From: an uncultured virus (IMG/VR IMGVR_UViG_3300037508_001334)
Lineage: Duplodnaviria; Heunggongvirae; Uroviricota; Caudoviricetes
Reading direction: 5' to 3' (one strand)
IMG/VR virus record: IMGVR_UViG_3300037508_001334
Length of the DNA stretch: 64,000 bases
Every line of letters begins with the position of its first letter. The stretch's first letter is position 1. Below are positions 1-9,895 of the stretch, one piece after another. A program made the position numbers and the translations under genes. The notes beneath the pieces are model-generated. The model was given only the letters and a program-made list of their open reading frames with translations. It had not been told where the DNA came from and did not search any database.

Positions 1-498
1 GAAAATTTTGAAAGCACTTATGAAAGTACAATTCCCAATCAAGACTTTTGGGAAAATGATGGTATTAGTTTGACTGGAAATCCTTATTATTCGTCAGACA
101 GTATTGTTTTTACGGGTTCTCATCTTCTTGGCGGTCTTGGAGAAGATCATATTTCATTTAATACTTCTCCTGCCCTTAGTGTTAAGGTATCAGATAACAA
201 CTTTTGGAAATTTGGTGAAAATAAAACACTAAAGGCAGTCGAAGATTACATCAAGAGCACTTATAATTCTCACTATGCATCGGAGAATTCAAAAGTTCAA
301 GTTCTTGATATTATTGATGCAATTGGTGATGGTGTTCCCTTTTGCCGAGATAATCTCATCAAATATTCTTCTCGTTTTGGTAAAAAAGACGGAATGTCTA
401 AACTTGATGCATTAAAGATTATTCATTACGGAATTCTTCTTTATAACTTTGCTGGATTTAATAATGAAACTGCGAAATCAAACTATGAAACTTTCTGA
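1..498 (+). CDS. Conserved cyanophage hypothetical protein, 5'-truncated (DUF3310-like C-terminus)
   Basis: Frame is open from base 1. C-terminal FCRDNLIKYSSRFGKKDG...DALKIIHY motif. Directly upstream of gp45. Confidence 0.65.
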   Translation, partial: ENFESTYESTIPNQDFWENDGISLTGNPYYSSDSIVFTGSHLLGGLGEDHISFNTSPALSVKVSDNNFWKFGENKTLKAVEDYIKSTYNSHYASENSKVQVLDIIDAIGDGVPFCRDNLIKYSSRFGKKDGMSKLDALKIIHYGILLYNFAGFNNETAKSNYETF

Positions 499-1150
499 TA
501 AGACTCTCTCTGTTCTAAAAAACTTCTCTTCAATTAATCAATCCATTCTTTTTAAACAGGGAAATAAACTTCGCACTATCAGTGTGATGAAGAATATTCT
601 TGCAGAAGCAACAATTACAGAGGAGTTTTCTAAAGACTTTGGTATCTATGATTTGAACCAATTTCTTAACGGATTGAATCTGCATAAAACACCAGAACTT
701 GATTTTGCTAATGATGGATATGTGGTCATCAAAGAAGGAAAGTCTCGTTCTAAGTATTTCTTTGCTGATCCTAACGTTATCATTACTCCTCCTGACAAAG
801 CAATCAATCTTCCCAGTGAAGATGTTTGTTTTGAGTTGAGTACTGAGCAACTGGATAAACTTTTGAAAGCTGCTGCAGTTTATCAACTTCCAGATGTCTC
901 TGCCGTTGGTGAAGCAGGTGTTGTGAAACTGGTTGTTCGTGACAAAAAGAACGACACATCAAACGACTTTTCGATTGTTGTTGGTGAAACGAATTCTGTG
1001 TTTGTCTTCAACTTCAAGGTAGAAAATATTAAGATTCTTCCTGGAACCTATGAAGTCGTTGTGTCGCAAAAACTTTTGTCACGATTCACTTCTAAGAACC
1101 ACGATCTCTGCTATTATATTGCTCTGGAACCTGATTCAACATTTGAATGA
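485..1150 (+). CDS. gp45: DNA polymerase sliding clamp
   Basis: MKLSDKTLSVLKNFSSINQSI N-terminus, FGIYDLNQFL, YYIALE C-terminus; T4-like synteny. Confidence 0.95.
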   Translation: MKLSDKTLSVLKNFSSINQSILFKQGNKLRTISVMKNILAEATITEEFSKDFGIYDLNQFLNGLNLHKTPELDFANDGYVVIKEGKSRSKYFFADPNVIITPPDKAINLPSEDVCFELSTEQLDKLLKAAAVYQLPDVSAVGEAGVVKLVVRDKKNDTSNDFSIVVGETNSVFVFNFKVENIKILPGTYEVVVSQKLLSRFTSKNHDLCYYIALEPDSTFE

Positions 1151-1656
1151 ATATTTTCGTCACAAATCAATTTCCTGCCGAAAGTGCTATCTGTCTTCCT
1201 GACAAACACATAGTTAAAATGCCACTTGAGTGTTGCCAGATGTTATCCATCGTAGCATCCAAGTGGTATCACAATTATGGCCCAGTTCACAAAGCAGATG
1301 GCAATCCGTATGCAACTGAAAAAGGTGCTTTTCGTAATCATCCTTGTACTCAGTGGGCAGCAAAAACAATCGACAATGCTTATTGGTTGATTAAGTGGGG
1401 AATGAATCTTTGTGATGAATATTCCGTCCGTTACGGTAAAACTCATTCGTGCTATAATACTCTTTTGGAGGCATACTATTTGTTTCCAAAAGGAAAATTA
1501 ACAAATGTAACTCCATTTGCTCGTGCTATGCCCGATGAATGGAAATATGACAATACTATTGATACCTTTGAGGCATATAAAAGATACATTGCATCCAAAT
1601 CTTGGGTAGCATCTAACTATCTTCGTATGCCAGAACGCAAACCTTCTTGGGTCTAA
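1147..1656 (+). CDS. Pyrimidine-dimer DNA glycosylase (DenV-like family)
   Basis: MNIFVT...DKHIVKMPLECCQML, NHPCTQW and TPFARAMP motifs. Confidence 0.75.
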   Translation: MNIFVTNQFPAESAICLPDKHIVKMPLECCQMLSIVASKWYHNYGPVHKADGNPYATEKGAFRNHPCTQWAAKTIDNAYWLIKWGMNLCDEYSVRYGKTHSCYNTLLEAYYLFPKGKLTNVTPFARAMPDEWKYDNTIDTFEAYKRYIASKSWVASNYLRMPERKPSWV

Positions 1657-1659
1657 ATT

Positions 1660-2604
1660 ATGGCAAGTGATTTTCTTTTTGTGGAAAAATATCGTCCTCA
1701 AGTGATTGATGATTGTATTCTTCCCGATGAAACTAAAAAAACATTTAAGGAGTTCGTTGAGAAAGGAGAGATCCCAAATCTTCTTCTTGCTGGACCTCCT
1801 GGTATTGGTAAAACAACTATTGCAAAGGCACTATGTAATGAACTGGGGGCAGATTTTTATGTCATCAATGGATCCGACGAAGGACGTTTCTTGGATACTG
1901 TACGGAACCAGGCAAAAAACTTTGCTTCGACCGTTTCACTTACGGGATCTTCTAAACACAAAGTCATCATCATCGATGAGGCTGATAACACGGGGAACGA
2001 CGTTCAACTCCTTCTACGGGCAAATATTGAGGCATTTTATAACAACTGCCGATTCATCTTCACTTGCAACTACAAAAACAAAATCATTGAACCCCTCCAT
2101 TCTCGATGTGCAGTCATTGACTTTACTATCAAAGGAAAACAAAAGGCACAACTTGCAGGAGCATTCTTTAAGAGACTTCAAACAATCTTGGATCAAGAAA
2201 AGATTGAGTATGATCCAAAGGTTCTTGCGGAGTTGGTATCAAAACACTTCCCAGATTTCCGCAGAGTCCTCAACGAATGTCAAAGATATTCTACAGGAGG
2301 AAAAATTGACTCGGGAATTCTTGCATCTTTCTCAGACATCTCTGTAAATGAACTTCTTAAGAATCTTAAGGAAAAGAACTTCACTGAAGTACGTAAATGG
2401 GTTGTATCCAATCTTGATAATGACAGTGGTGTTATTCTTCGTAGGGTTTATGATGCACTTTACGACTCAGTTGTTCCAGGTTCTATTCCTGCTGCTGTTC
2501 TTATTATTGCTAAGTATCAATATCAGATTGCCTTTGTTGCGGATCAAGAAATTAATCTTTTGGCGGCATTGACTGAAATTATGTGTGAGGTTGAGTTTAA
2601 ATGA
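1660..2604 (+). CDS. gp44: Clamp loader large subunit (AAA+)
   Basis: VEKYRP, Walker A GPPGIGKT, Walker B IIIDEAD, SRC motif. Confidence 0.96.
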   Translation: MASDFLFVEKYRPQVIDDCILPDETKKTFKEFVEKGEIPNLLLAGPPGIGKTTIAKALCNELGADFYVINGSDEGRFLDTVRNQAKNFASTVSLTGSSKHKVIIIDEADNTGNDVQLLLRANIEAFYNNCRFIFTCNYKNKIIEPLHSRCAVIDFTIKGKQKAQLAGAFFKRLQTILDQEKIEYDPKVLAELVSKHFPDFRRVLNECQRYSTGGKIDSGILASFSDISVNELLKNLKEKNFTEVRKWVVSNLDNDSGVILRRVYDALYDSVVPGSIPAAVLIIAKYQYQIAFVADQEINLLAALTEIMCEVEFK

Positions 2605-3488
2605 GTATAAAAACTTTCCCGTTGAAAACTTGTCTCCGTTATCCTGGTGGGAAATCTAAAGCAACTAAAACTCTTGCACCTTGGTATCCTGAAACTTTTA
2701 AAGAATACCGAGAACCTTTTATTGGTGGTGGATCTGTTGCATTTTATACAACTCAGGCATATCCAGATGTTCCCGTTTGGATTAATGACTTGTACGTTCC
2801 TCTTTACAATTTTTGGATTCAACTTCGTGATAATGGAGATGAACTATCTGAACAACTGAAAGAGATTAAGACCAAAGTATCTGACTTTGGAACTCAGGAT
2901 GAGAAAGATGCAGCACATAGAGAATTATTTGATAAACTTCGTGTAGATATTAATACTCAAGAGGGTCTTGAGAGAGCAGTAAGTTTTTTTATTCTGAATA
3001 AATGTAGTTTTTCTGGACTGACTGAAAACAGTACGTTTTCTCCAACTGCATCTCGTTCTAATTTTTCTTTTGTTGGTATTGAGAAACTGAAAGAATATTC
3101 AAAACTTATGAAGAATTGGAAGATTACAAATATTGATTACTCAGAAGTAATGAATGCTCCAGGAGAAGATGTCTTTGTATTTTTAGATCCACCTTATGAT
3201 ATTAAAGATTTTCTTTATGGAAAGGATAGAGAGATGCACAAATCATTTGATCACGAACTTTTTGCTCAAAATGTTTATAAGTGCCAGCATAAATTTATGA
3301 TTACGTATAATGTCAATGATAGACTTCTGGAACTGTATAAAGATTATTATCTTCGTGAGTGGAAACTGCGTTATTCTATGGCACATAGGGGGGAAAGGGG
3401 AACTGATGAAAATGTAAAAACAGAACTCTTGGTCACGAATTATCCAACAGAAAAAACCAATCCTTTGGAGGTTGCTCTTTATGCCTGA
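2601..3488 (+). CDS. dam: DNA adenine methyltransferase (D12/Dam class)
   Basis: LRYPGGKS, EPFIGGGS and catalytic DPPY motifs. Confidence 0.9.
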   Translation: MSIKTFPLKTCLRYPGGKSKATKTLAPWYPETFKEYREPFIGGGSVAFYTTQAYPDVPVWINDLYVPLYNFWIQLRDNGDELSEQLKEIKTKVSDFGTQDEKDAAHRELFDKLRVDINTQEGLERAVSFFILNKCSFSGLTENSTFSPTASRSNFSFVGIEKLKEYSKLMKNWKITNIDYSEVMNAPGEDVFVFLDPPYDIKDFLYGKDREMHKSFDHELFAQNVYKCQHKFMITYNVNDRLLELYKDYYLREWKLRYSMAHRGERGTDENVKTELLVTNYPTEKTNPLEVALYA

Positions 3489-3852
3489 ACTTAAAGATTG
3501 GTTAAACTCTATTAACTTTACAAAAGAAAATTTATCAGAAAATATTCAAGATTATCCTCCATATATTATTAATCGGTGTTTATCTGCGCACATTGATTGC
3601 ATAATGTATGTAAATGAAATGAATATGTCACATTATCTTGAAAAAGATATGCAATATTCATTTTATCTAAATAGTCTAAGGAAACGGAAGAGATTTTCTC
3701 CCTGGCTCCGAAAGGATAAAGTCACAGACTTAGAATGTATAAAGCAATACTATGGATATAGTAATGAAAAAGCATCACAAGCTCTGAAAATCTTAACAAA
3801 AGAACAAATTAAATTCATTAAACAACGACTTGACATTGGAGGAAAAAAATGA
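3481..3852 (+). CDS. gp62: Clamp loader small subunit
   Basis: ELKDWLNSIN, YPPYIINR and YYGYSNEKA motifs; synteny. Confidence 0.92.
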   Translation: MPELKDWLNSINFTKENLSENIQDYPPYIINRCLSAHIDCIMYVNEMNMSHYLEKDMQYSFYLNSLRKRKRFSPWLRKDKVTDLECIKQYYGYSNEKASQALKILTKEQIKFIKQRLDIGGKK

Positions 3853-4286
3853 CTACTACGGTAGAACCCACTGTTAATTGGTCTCAAGATCAAATGGTGG
3901 AAGTAATTCTTAATGAACCTGATGACTTTTTGAAAGTCCGTGAGACTTTAACCCGCATCGGAGTTGCATCAAGAAAAGAGAAAAAACTTTATCAATCTTG
4001 TCATATTCTACATAAGCAAGGTAGATATTATATTGTTCACTTTAAAGAATTGTTTGCTTTGGATGGCAAACACGCAAATCTTACTGTGAATGATGTTCAA
4101 AGACGTAATCGCATTGTTCGTTTGCTTGCTGATTGGGGACTAATTACCGTCGTTAAAGAAGATAGTGTTGCTGATATTGCACCACTTAATCAAATTAAAG
4201 TTCTTGCCTACAAAGATAAGGGAGACTGGATTTTAGAGCAAAAGTATAATATCGGCAAGAAAGGTAAAGGGCAAGAAACCGAATAA
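3849..4286 (+). CDS. regA: Translational repressor RegA
   Basis: DDFLKVRETLTRIG...LYQSCHILHKQGRYYIVHFKELF. Confidence 0.96.
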   Translation: MTTTVEPTVNWSQDQMVEVILNEPDDFLKVRETLTRIGVASRKEKKLYQSCHILHKQGRYYIVHFKELFALDGKHANLTVNDVQRRNRIVRLLADWGLITVVKEDSVADIAPLNQIKVLAYKDKGDWILEQKYNIGKKGKGQETE

Positions 4287-4293
4287 AAAAGTG

Positions 4294-4318
4294 CGGGAAA
4301 TAACATCCCGATTTTTTT
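4294..4318 (+). terminator. Rho-independent terminator after regA
   Basis: CGGGA/TCCCG stem followed by a T tract. Confidence 0.55.
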
Positions 4319-4393
4319 ATGATCTTGTATAATTAATAGTGGATGCCGTAAGGGTCCACACAACACAAACTCGCTTTTAAAGGAGCTACCATA

Positions 4394-4834
4394 ATGACTA
4401 ACCTTGTCCCATCACGATTTACTGCGTCGGATCTTCCTGCCCTGATGGATAGGATCACACGCAACAGCATTGGAATGGATGAATATTTTGATCGTATTTT
4501 TAGTCTTCACGAAACTTCAACAAACTATCCACCTTATAATCTTGTTCAAGTTAGTAATGTAGAATCACGACTTGAACTTGCACTTGCTGGATTTAAAAAA
4601 AAGGAAGTCTATGTCTACACTCAAGATGGTAAACTCTTCGTTGAAGGTCAGAAGGAAGATAAAGAAACGCAATCAAACTATCTCCACAAGGGTCTGGCTC
4701 AACGGTCATTTACACGTTCCTGGACGCTCTCTGATGATACGGAAGTTAGATCAGTTGATTTTGAGGATGGTCTTTTGACTATTACTCTTGGTAGAATTGT
4801 TCCTGATCACCATAAACGAAAAGATTATCTCTAA
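4394..4834 (+). CDS. hsp20: Small heat shock protein Hsp20
   Basis: NYPPYNL, LALAGF, YLHKGLAQRSF, DGLL alpha-crystallin motifs; AGGAG RBS. Confidence 0.95.
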   Translation: MTNLVPSRFTASDLPALMDRITRNSIGMDEYFDRIFSLHETSTNYPPYNLVQVSNVESRLELALAGFKKKEVYVYTQDGKLFVEGQKEDKETQSNYLHKGLAQRSFTRSWTLSDDTEVRSVDFEDGLLTITLGRIVPDHHKRKDYL

Positions 4835-4847
4835 ATAAAATAAAAAA

Positions 4848-4997
4848 ATGAAAACTTTTCTCCAGTATCTTGAAGAATTAAAAATAATCGGATATAAGAT
4901 GGCAAAACCTCATTTGGGGTTACCTAAAGGAAAAGCATATGCGAAGAGATCGTCTTCAAGTGCTGGTGGAAGTGGTGGTAATGGAAATGGGGACTAA
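4848..4997 (+). CDS. 49-aa basic, Gly-rich peptide; possible internal head protein
   Basis: Hand-translated MKTFLQYLEELKIIGYKMAKPHLGLPKGKAYAKRSSSSAGGSGGNGNGD; late-promoter-like TAAATA just upstream. Confidence 0.6.
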   Translation: MKTFLQYLEELKIIGYKMAKPHLGLPKGKAYAKRSSSSAGGSGGNGNGD

Positions 4998-5028
4998 ATA
5001 TAATTGAATATCGTCGGCGCTATGCCAC

Positions 5029-5080
5029 GGGAGGTAACTGGCAAAATCCAGTTGACACCTCCCATTTTTATTGCTAAAAT
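5029..5080 (+). promoter_or_regulatory. Terminator-like hairpin overlapping a sigma70-type promoter
   Basis: GGGAGGT-AACTGG...CCAGTT-ACCTCCC stem; TTGACA 5052-57, 17 nt spacer, TGnTAAAAT 5072-80. Confidence 0.65.
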
Positions 5081-5101
5081 GATTAAAGGTATGGAGTAAA
5101 G

Positions 5102-5485
5102 ATGACAATTAAACTTTTACTTTTAAAGTCAGGGGAAGATATTATTTCTGACATTAAAGAAATGGTTATTGGTGAAGATGAAGACCGTAGAGTGGTTGGA
5201 TATTTTCTTAACAAACCGTGCTTAGTTAAGATGAGAGATCCAAGTCTTCTTGCTGAAGAAAGCACTGAAGAGCAAAAGAAAGCAGCATATCAAGTTTCTC
5301 TTTACCCTTGGATGCCCCTCTCTAAAGACTCAGTTATTCCAGTTGCTGCTGATTGGGTGGTAACTATGGTAGAACCTATTGTAAAACTTTCTGAAATGTA
5401 CGTGGAGGACGTGTTATCTCGTGGAACAGAAAATAATCAAAGTAATAGTGCTGATGAACAATCTAAAACTGATCAGTCAGATTGA
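5102..5485 (+). CDS. Conserved cyanophage hypothetical protein (possible Sm-like fold)
   Basis: MTIKLLLLKSGEDIIS...PWMPLS; usual position before gp43; GGAG RBS. Confidence 0.75.
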   Translation: MTIKLLLLKSGEDIISDIKEMVIGEDEDRRVVGYFLNKPCLVKMRDPSLLAEESTEEQKKAAYQVSLYPWMPLSKDSVIPVAADWVVTMVEPIVKLSEMYVEDVLSRGTENNQSNSADEQSKTDQSD

Positions 5486-5690
5486 AGAAGTTGGTGCTGA
5501 TATTGGAGAACCTGATTGTAAATTAATTAATCCATTTCTTATAGATGATAATGGATTAAAAACTTTACAACCATTTCTTTCTGACTATACGAAAGAAAAT
5601 ACTTTTATGATGAGTTCGGATAAGATTCTTACTCTTGCAGATCCGACACCAACCCTTCTTGAAAAATATGAGGACTTGATTAAAGAATGA
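5421..5690 (+). CDS. Conserved hypothetical protein (start uncertain)
   Basis: LISQIEEVGADIGEPDCKL motif; overlaps the gp43 start. Confidence 0.7.
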   Translation: MEQKIIKVIVLMNNLKLISQIEEVGADIGEPDCKLINPFLIDDNGLKTLQPFLSDYTKENTFMMSSDKILTLADPTPTLLEKYEDLIKE

Positions 5691-8188
5691 CACAAAGCTT
5701 TTATACTAATGTTCAATTGATTGGAAATCAATTTTTGGTTCGTGGAGTAGAAAATGGTAAAAGATTTGAAACAAGAGATGAGTTTTTTCCTACTCTCTTT
5801 GTAAAAACTAAAAAGGATTCTAAGTATAGAACATTAAGTGGTGAAGCAGTAGAACCAATTAATCCTGGAACTGTAAGGGATTGTCGTGAGTTTTATAAAA
5901 AATATGATGAAGTTGATGGATTTGAAATCTATGGAAATGATCGTTACATCTATCAATATATTTCAGAAAAATATCCAGAGGATGAAATCAAGTTTGATAT
6001 TAGTAAAATCAAACTTGTAACTCTGGACATTGAGGTTGCCTCTGAACAAGGGTTTCCTGATGTTGAATCTTGTTCAGAAGAAATTCTTGCAATTACGATT
6101 CAAGATTATTCAACAAAAAAAATTATTACTTGGGGATTGAAACCATTTAAAAATACCCGCAGTGATGTAACATATCACCACTGTCCAAGTGAATATGAAC
6201 TTTTAAACAACTTCATTCATTACTGGATGGTAGATGTTCCAGATGTAATTACTGGATGGAATATTCAGTTTTATGATATTCCTTATATCTGCAAAAGACT
6301 AAATCGTGTTCTTGGTGAAAAACTAATGAAACGAATGTCTAATTGGGGACTTGTGACTGAAGGTGAAGTTTTCATTAATGGAAGAAAGCATACCACCTTT
6401 GATGTTGGCGGATTGACTCAACTTGACTACTTAGATCTTTACAAGAAGTTTACTTATAAAGCACAGGAGTCATATCGTCTTGATTATATTGCTGAAGTTG
6501 AACTGGGACAGAAAAAACTTGATCACTCAGAGTTTGATACTTTTAAGGACTTCTATACTCAAGGTTGGCAAAAATTTATTGAGTACAACATCGTTGACGT
6601 AGAACTTGTTGACCGTTTGGAAGACAAGATGAAACTCATTGAACTTGCTTTGACGATGGCATATGACGCAAAAGTCAACTATGCAGATGTGTTCTATCAA
6701 GTTCGTATGTGGGATAACATCATTTACAACTACCTCAAAAAAAGAGATATTGTAATCCCGCCAAAGAATAAATCTCAAAAGAATGAAAAGTATGCTGGTG
6801 CTTATGTAAAAGAACCTAAACCAGGTAAGTATGATTGGGTTGTTAACTTTGACTTAAACTCACTGTATCCTCACTTGATTATGGAGTTTAACATCAGTCC
6901 AGAAACTCTTGTTGATGAAAAGCATCCTACAATCACCGTGGATAAAATACTCAATCAGGAACTTACTTTTGAGATGTATAGTGATTATGCTGTCTGTGCG
7001 AATGGTGCAATGTTCCGAAAAGATGTTCGTGGATTTCTTCCCGAACTGATGGAAAAGATGTATCAAGATCGTGTCATCTTTAAAAATAAGATGATTGAAG
7101 CAAAGAAACAATACGAAAAGAAAAAGACGAAGGAACTTGAAAAGGAAATTGCCCGATGCAATAACATTCAAATGGCAAAGAAGATTTCCTTGAACTCTGC
7201 TTATGGTGCGATTGGTAATCAGTATTTCCGTTATTATAAACTTGAAAATGCTGAAGCAATCACTTTAAGTGGGCAAGTCGCAATTCGTTGGATTGAAAGT
7301 AAGATGAATGCTTACTTGAATAAACTTCTTAAAACAGAGGATATTGATTATGTTATTGCTTCAGATACTGACTCCATTTATCTTAATATGGGTCCTCTGG
7401 TTGAAACTGTATACAAGGGAAGAGAGAAAACTACTCAGGGCATTGTTTCGTTCCTTGATAAGATCTGTAAAGTGGAACTTGAGAAGTATATTGAAGGTTG
7501 CTACCAAGAACTGGCTTCGTATGTAAATGCTTACGATCAGAAGATGCAGATGAAACGAGAGAACATTGCCGACCGTGGAATTTGGACTGCTAAAAAACGA
7601 TACATTCTGAATGTTTGGGATAGTGAAGGTGTTCGTTATGAAGAACCTAAACTCAAAATGATGGGCATTGAAGCAGTCAAATCATCTACACCTGCACCTT
7701 GTCGCAAGATGATTAAGGATGCTCTTAAGTTGATGATGAGTGGAACTGAGAATGAAGTCATTGACTTTATTGAAAATTCACGAAAGCAGTTTAAACAACT
7801 TCCACCCGAACAGATTGCCTTCCCGAGGACAGCATCTGATGTTCAAAAATATCAATCATCTTCGTCAATTTATGCAAAGGGAACACCAGTTCATATTCGT
7901 GGAGCACTTTTATTCAATCATTATATAAAAGAGAAAAAACTTACCAACAAGTATTCACTCATTAATAATGGTGAAAAGGTAAAGTTCATTTATTTAAAAA
8001 AACCAAATAGTATACACGAGAATATTATTTCTTTTATCCAAGAGTTTCCTAAAGAATTGAACCTTGACAAATATATTGATTATGACTTACAATTTGAGAA
8101 AAGTTTTGTAGAACCACTCAGAGCAATTCTTGATTCCATTGGGTGGAGCGTAGAAAAAACTGTAAACCTTGATTCCTTTTTTTCCTGA
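5687..8188 (+). CDS. gp43: Family B DNA polymerase
   Basis: Exonuclease DIEV; polymerase motifs FDLNSLYP, KISLNSAYG, SDTDS. Confidence 0.98.
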   Translation: MTQSFYTNVQLIGNQFLVRGVENGKRFETRDEFFPTLFVKTKKDSKYRTLSGEAVEPINPGTVRDCREFYKKYDEVDGFEIYGNDRYIYQYISEKYPEDEIKFDISKIKLVTLDIEVASEQGFPDVESCSEEILAITIQDYSTKKIITWGLKPFKNTRSDVTYHHCPSEYELLNNFIHYWMVDVPDVITGWNIQFYDIPYICKRLNRVLGEKLMKRMSNWGLVTEGEVFINGRKHTTFDVGGLTQLDYLDLYKKFTYKAQESYRLDYIAEVELGQKKLDHSEFDTFKDFYTQGWQKFIEYNIVDVELVDRLEDKMKLIELALTMAYDAKVNYADVFYQVRMWDNIIYNYLKKRDIVIPPKNKSQKNEKYAGAYVKEPKPGKYDWVVNFDLNSLYPHLIMEFNISPETLVDEKHPTITVDKILNQELTFEMYSDYAVCANGAMFRKDVRGFLPELMEKMYQDRVIFKNKMIEAKKQYEKKKTKELEKEIARCNNIQMAKKISLNSAYGAIGNQYFRYYKLENAEAITLSGQVAIRWIESKMNAYLNKLLKTEDIDYVIASDTDSIYLNMGPLVETVYKGREKTTQGIVSFLDKICKVELEKYIEGCYQELASYVNAYDQKMQMKRENIADRGIWTAKKRYILNVWDSEGVRYEEPKLKMMGIEAVKSSTPAPCRKMIKDALKLMMSGTENEVIDFIENSRKQFKQLPPEQIAFPRTASDVQKYQSSSSIYAKGTPVHIRGALLFNHYIKEKKLTNKYSLINNGEKVKFIYLKKPNSIHENIISFIQEFPKELNLDKYIDYDLQFEKSFVEPLRAILDSIGWSVEKTVNLDSFFS

Positions 8189-8352
8189 TGGATTTACCTA
8201 TTAATGATGAAGAACTGAATACAATTATAAATGCGATGTCTCTTGGTGGAGATTCTGCATTATATCAAAAACTTAAACTTGTAAAAGAACTCAAAGAACA
8301 AGGTTTGCCTTATAAAAAAATACTTCGTGAAGAATACGGGATGGTGGTGTGA
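8188..8352 (+). CDS. 54-aa hypothetical protein
   Basis: Hand-translated [32 protein letters not shown]...; TGATG overlaps with both gp43 and uvsX. Confidence 0.7.
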   Translation: MDLPINDEELNTIINAMSLGGDSALYQKLKLVKELKEQGLPYKKILREEYGMVV

Positions 8353-9356
8353 TGGATTTTCTTAAAGATATTGTAAAAGAAATCGGTGATGACTTTACAA
8401 AGTTAGCATCCGATATTGATGAAACTGAGACTTATGTTGATACGGGTTCATACGTTTTTAATGCACTGGTTTCAGGTAGCATATTTGGTGGTGTATCTGG
8501 GAATAAGATTACTGCTATTGCTGGAGAGTCTTCTACTGGAAAGACTTTTTTCTCTCTCGCAGTGGTTAAGAACTTTCTTGATACTCATCCCGATGGTTAC
8601 TGTCTCTACTTTGACACTGAGGCTGCTATTACCAAATCACTTATAGAGTCTCGTGGAATTGATACTACTCGTCTTGTTGTTGTAAATGTTGTTACTATAG
8701 AAGAGTTCCGTACAAAGGCACTCAAAGCAGTAGATATATATCTGAAAGCACCGGTAGAAGATCGCAAACCTTGTATGTTTGTGTTAGACTCTTTGGGTAT
8801 GCTTTCTACAAGTAAAGAAATTAATGATGCACTGAATGAAAAAGAAGTTAGGGATATGACTAAATCCCAACTTATTAAAGGTGCTTTCCGAATGCTCACA
8901 CTCAAATTAGGTCAAGCAAATGTCCCGCTCATTGTCACAAATCATACATACGATGTCATCGGAGCTTACGTACCAACTAAAGAAATGGGAGGAGGTTCTG
9001 GACTCAAATACGCAGCAAGTACGATCATTTATCTCAGCAAAAAGAAAGAAAAGGATGGAACGGAAGTGGTCGGAAATATTATCAAGGCTAAGACTGCTAA
9101 ATCGCGTTTAAGTAAGGAGAATAAAGATGTTGAGATCCGTTTGTATTATGATGAGCGCGGTCTTGATCGTTACTATGGTCTTTTGGAGCTTGGTGAACTT
9201 GGTGGACTCTGGAAGAATGTAGCAGGACGTTATGAGATGGATGGTAAGAAGATTTATGCCAAACAAATTCTTGCAAACCCAGAAGAATATTTCACTGATG
9301 AAGTGATGCAAAAACTTGATGCAATTGCAAGAGAGGAGTTCAGTTACGGCAAATGA
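8352..9356 (+). CDS. uvsX: RecA-like recombinase UvsX
   Basis: Walker [28 protein letters not shown]. Confidence 0.95.
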   Translation: MDFLKDIVKEIGDDFTKLASDIDETETYVDTGSYVFNALVSGSIFGGVSGNKITAIAGESSTGKTFFSLAVVKNFLDTHPDGYCLYFDTEAAITKSLIESRGIDTTRLVVVNVVTIEEFRTKALKAVDIYLKAPVEDRKPCMFVLDSLGMLSTSKEINDALNEKEVRDMTKSQLIKGAFRMLTLKLGQANVPLIVTNHTYDVIGAYVPTKEMGGGSGLKYAASTIIYLSKKKEKDGTEVVGNIIKAKTAKSRLSKENKDVEIRLYYDERGLDRYYGLLELGELGGLWKNVAGRYEMDGKKIYAKQILANPEEYFTDEVMQKLDAIAREEFSYGK

Positions 9357-9895
9357 TTAAGATTCTAAAGACAGGAATCAATATATCAAAAGTTGTAGAA
9401 CAACTTAAAAAATATCCACAAGATTGGGATCATCAAAAACATTTGAAAGATTCCCAGTCTTTGGTTGACAGGGGATTTGCTGACTTGCCAGTAAGTGCTC
9501 TTCAACTTATAATTGGTGGAGTCAAGAAAAAAGAAGACTTTGTTGGAGATTCAGAAATTAATATCAAAACTCCAGCATACGAACATCACGGAGAAATTCG
9601 AAAGATTATACGCAAAAACTTTGGAAACAGAGAGTTGCATCGTTGTGGATTTCTTTCTCTTCCGATTGATGAAATTGTGGGAGCACATATTGATGAGGGA
9701 ACTTACTATCAAACAAGAGATAGATATCACCTTTCTATTTTGGGAAGATATCAATATTTCTGTGGAACTGATACGGTGATAGTTGAACCAGGAACTCTTC
9801 TGTGGTTTAACAATAAATTACCTCACGGAACAGTTAATATTGGTGATGAAACAAGAATAACATTTGTATTTGATATGCCTTATGGACAAAGTTGA
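9353..9895 (+). CDS. 2OG-Fe(II) oxygenase, Asp/Asn beta-hydroxylase-like
   Basis: HxD motif (AHIDEG), RYHL, distal His (NNKLPHG) and RITFVFD. Confidence 0.75.
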   Translation: MIKILKTGINISKVVEQLKKYPQDWDHQKHLKDSQSLVDRGFADLPVSALQLIIGGVKKKEDFVGDSEINIKTPAYEHHGEIRKIIRKNFGNRELHRCGFLSLPIDEIVGAHIDEGTYYQTRDRYHLSILGRYQYFCGTDTVIVEPGTLLWFNNKLPHGTVNIGDETRITFVFDMPYGQS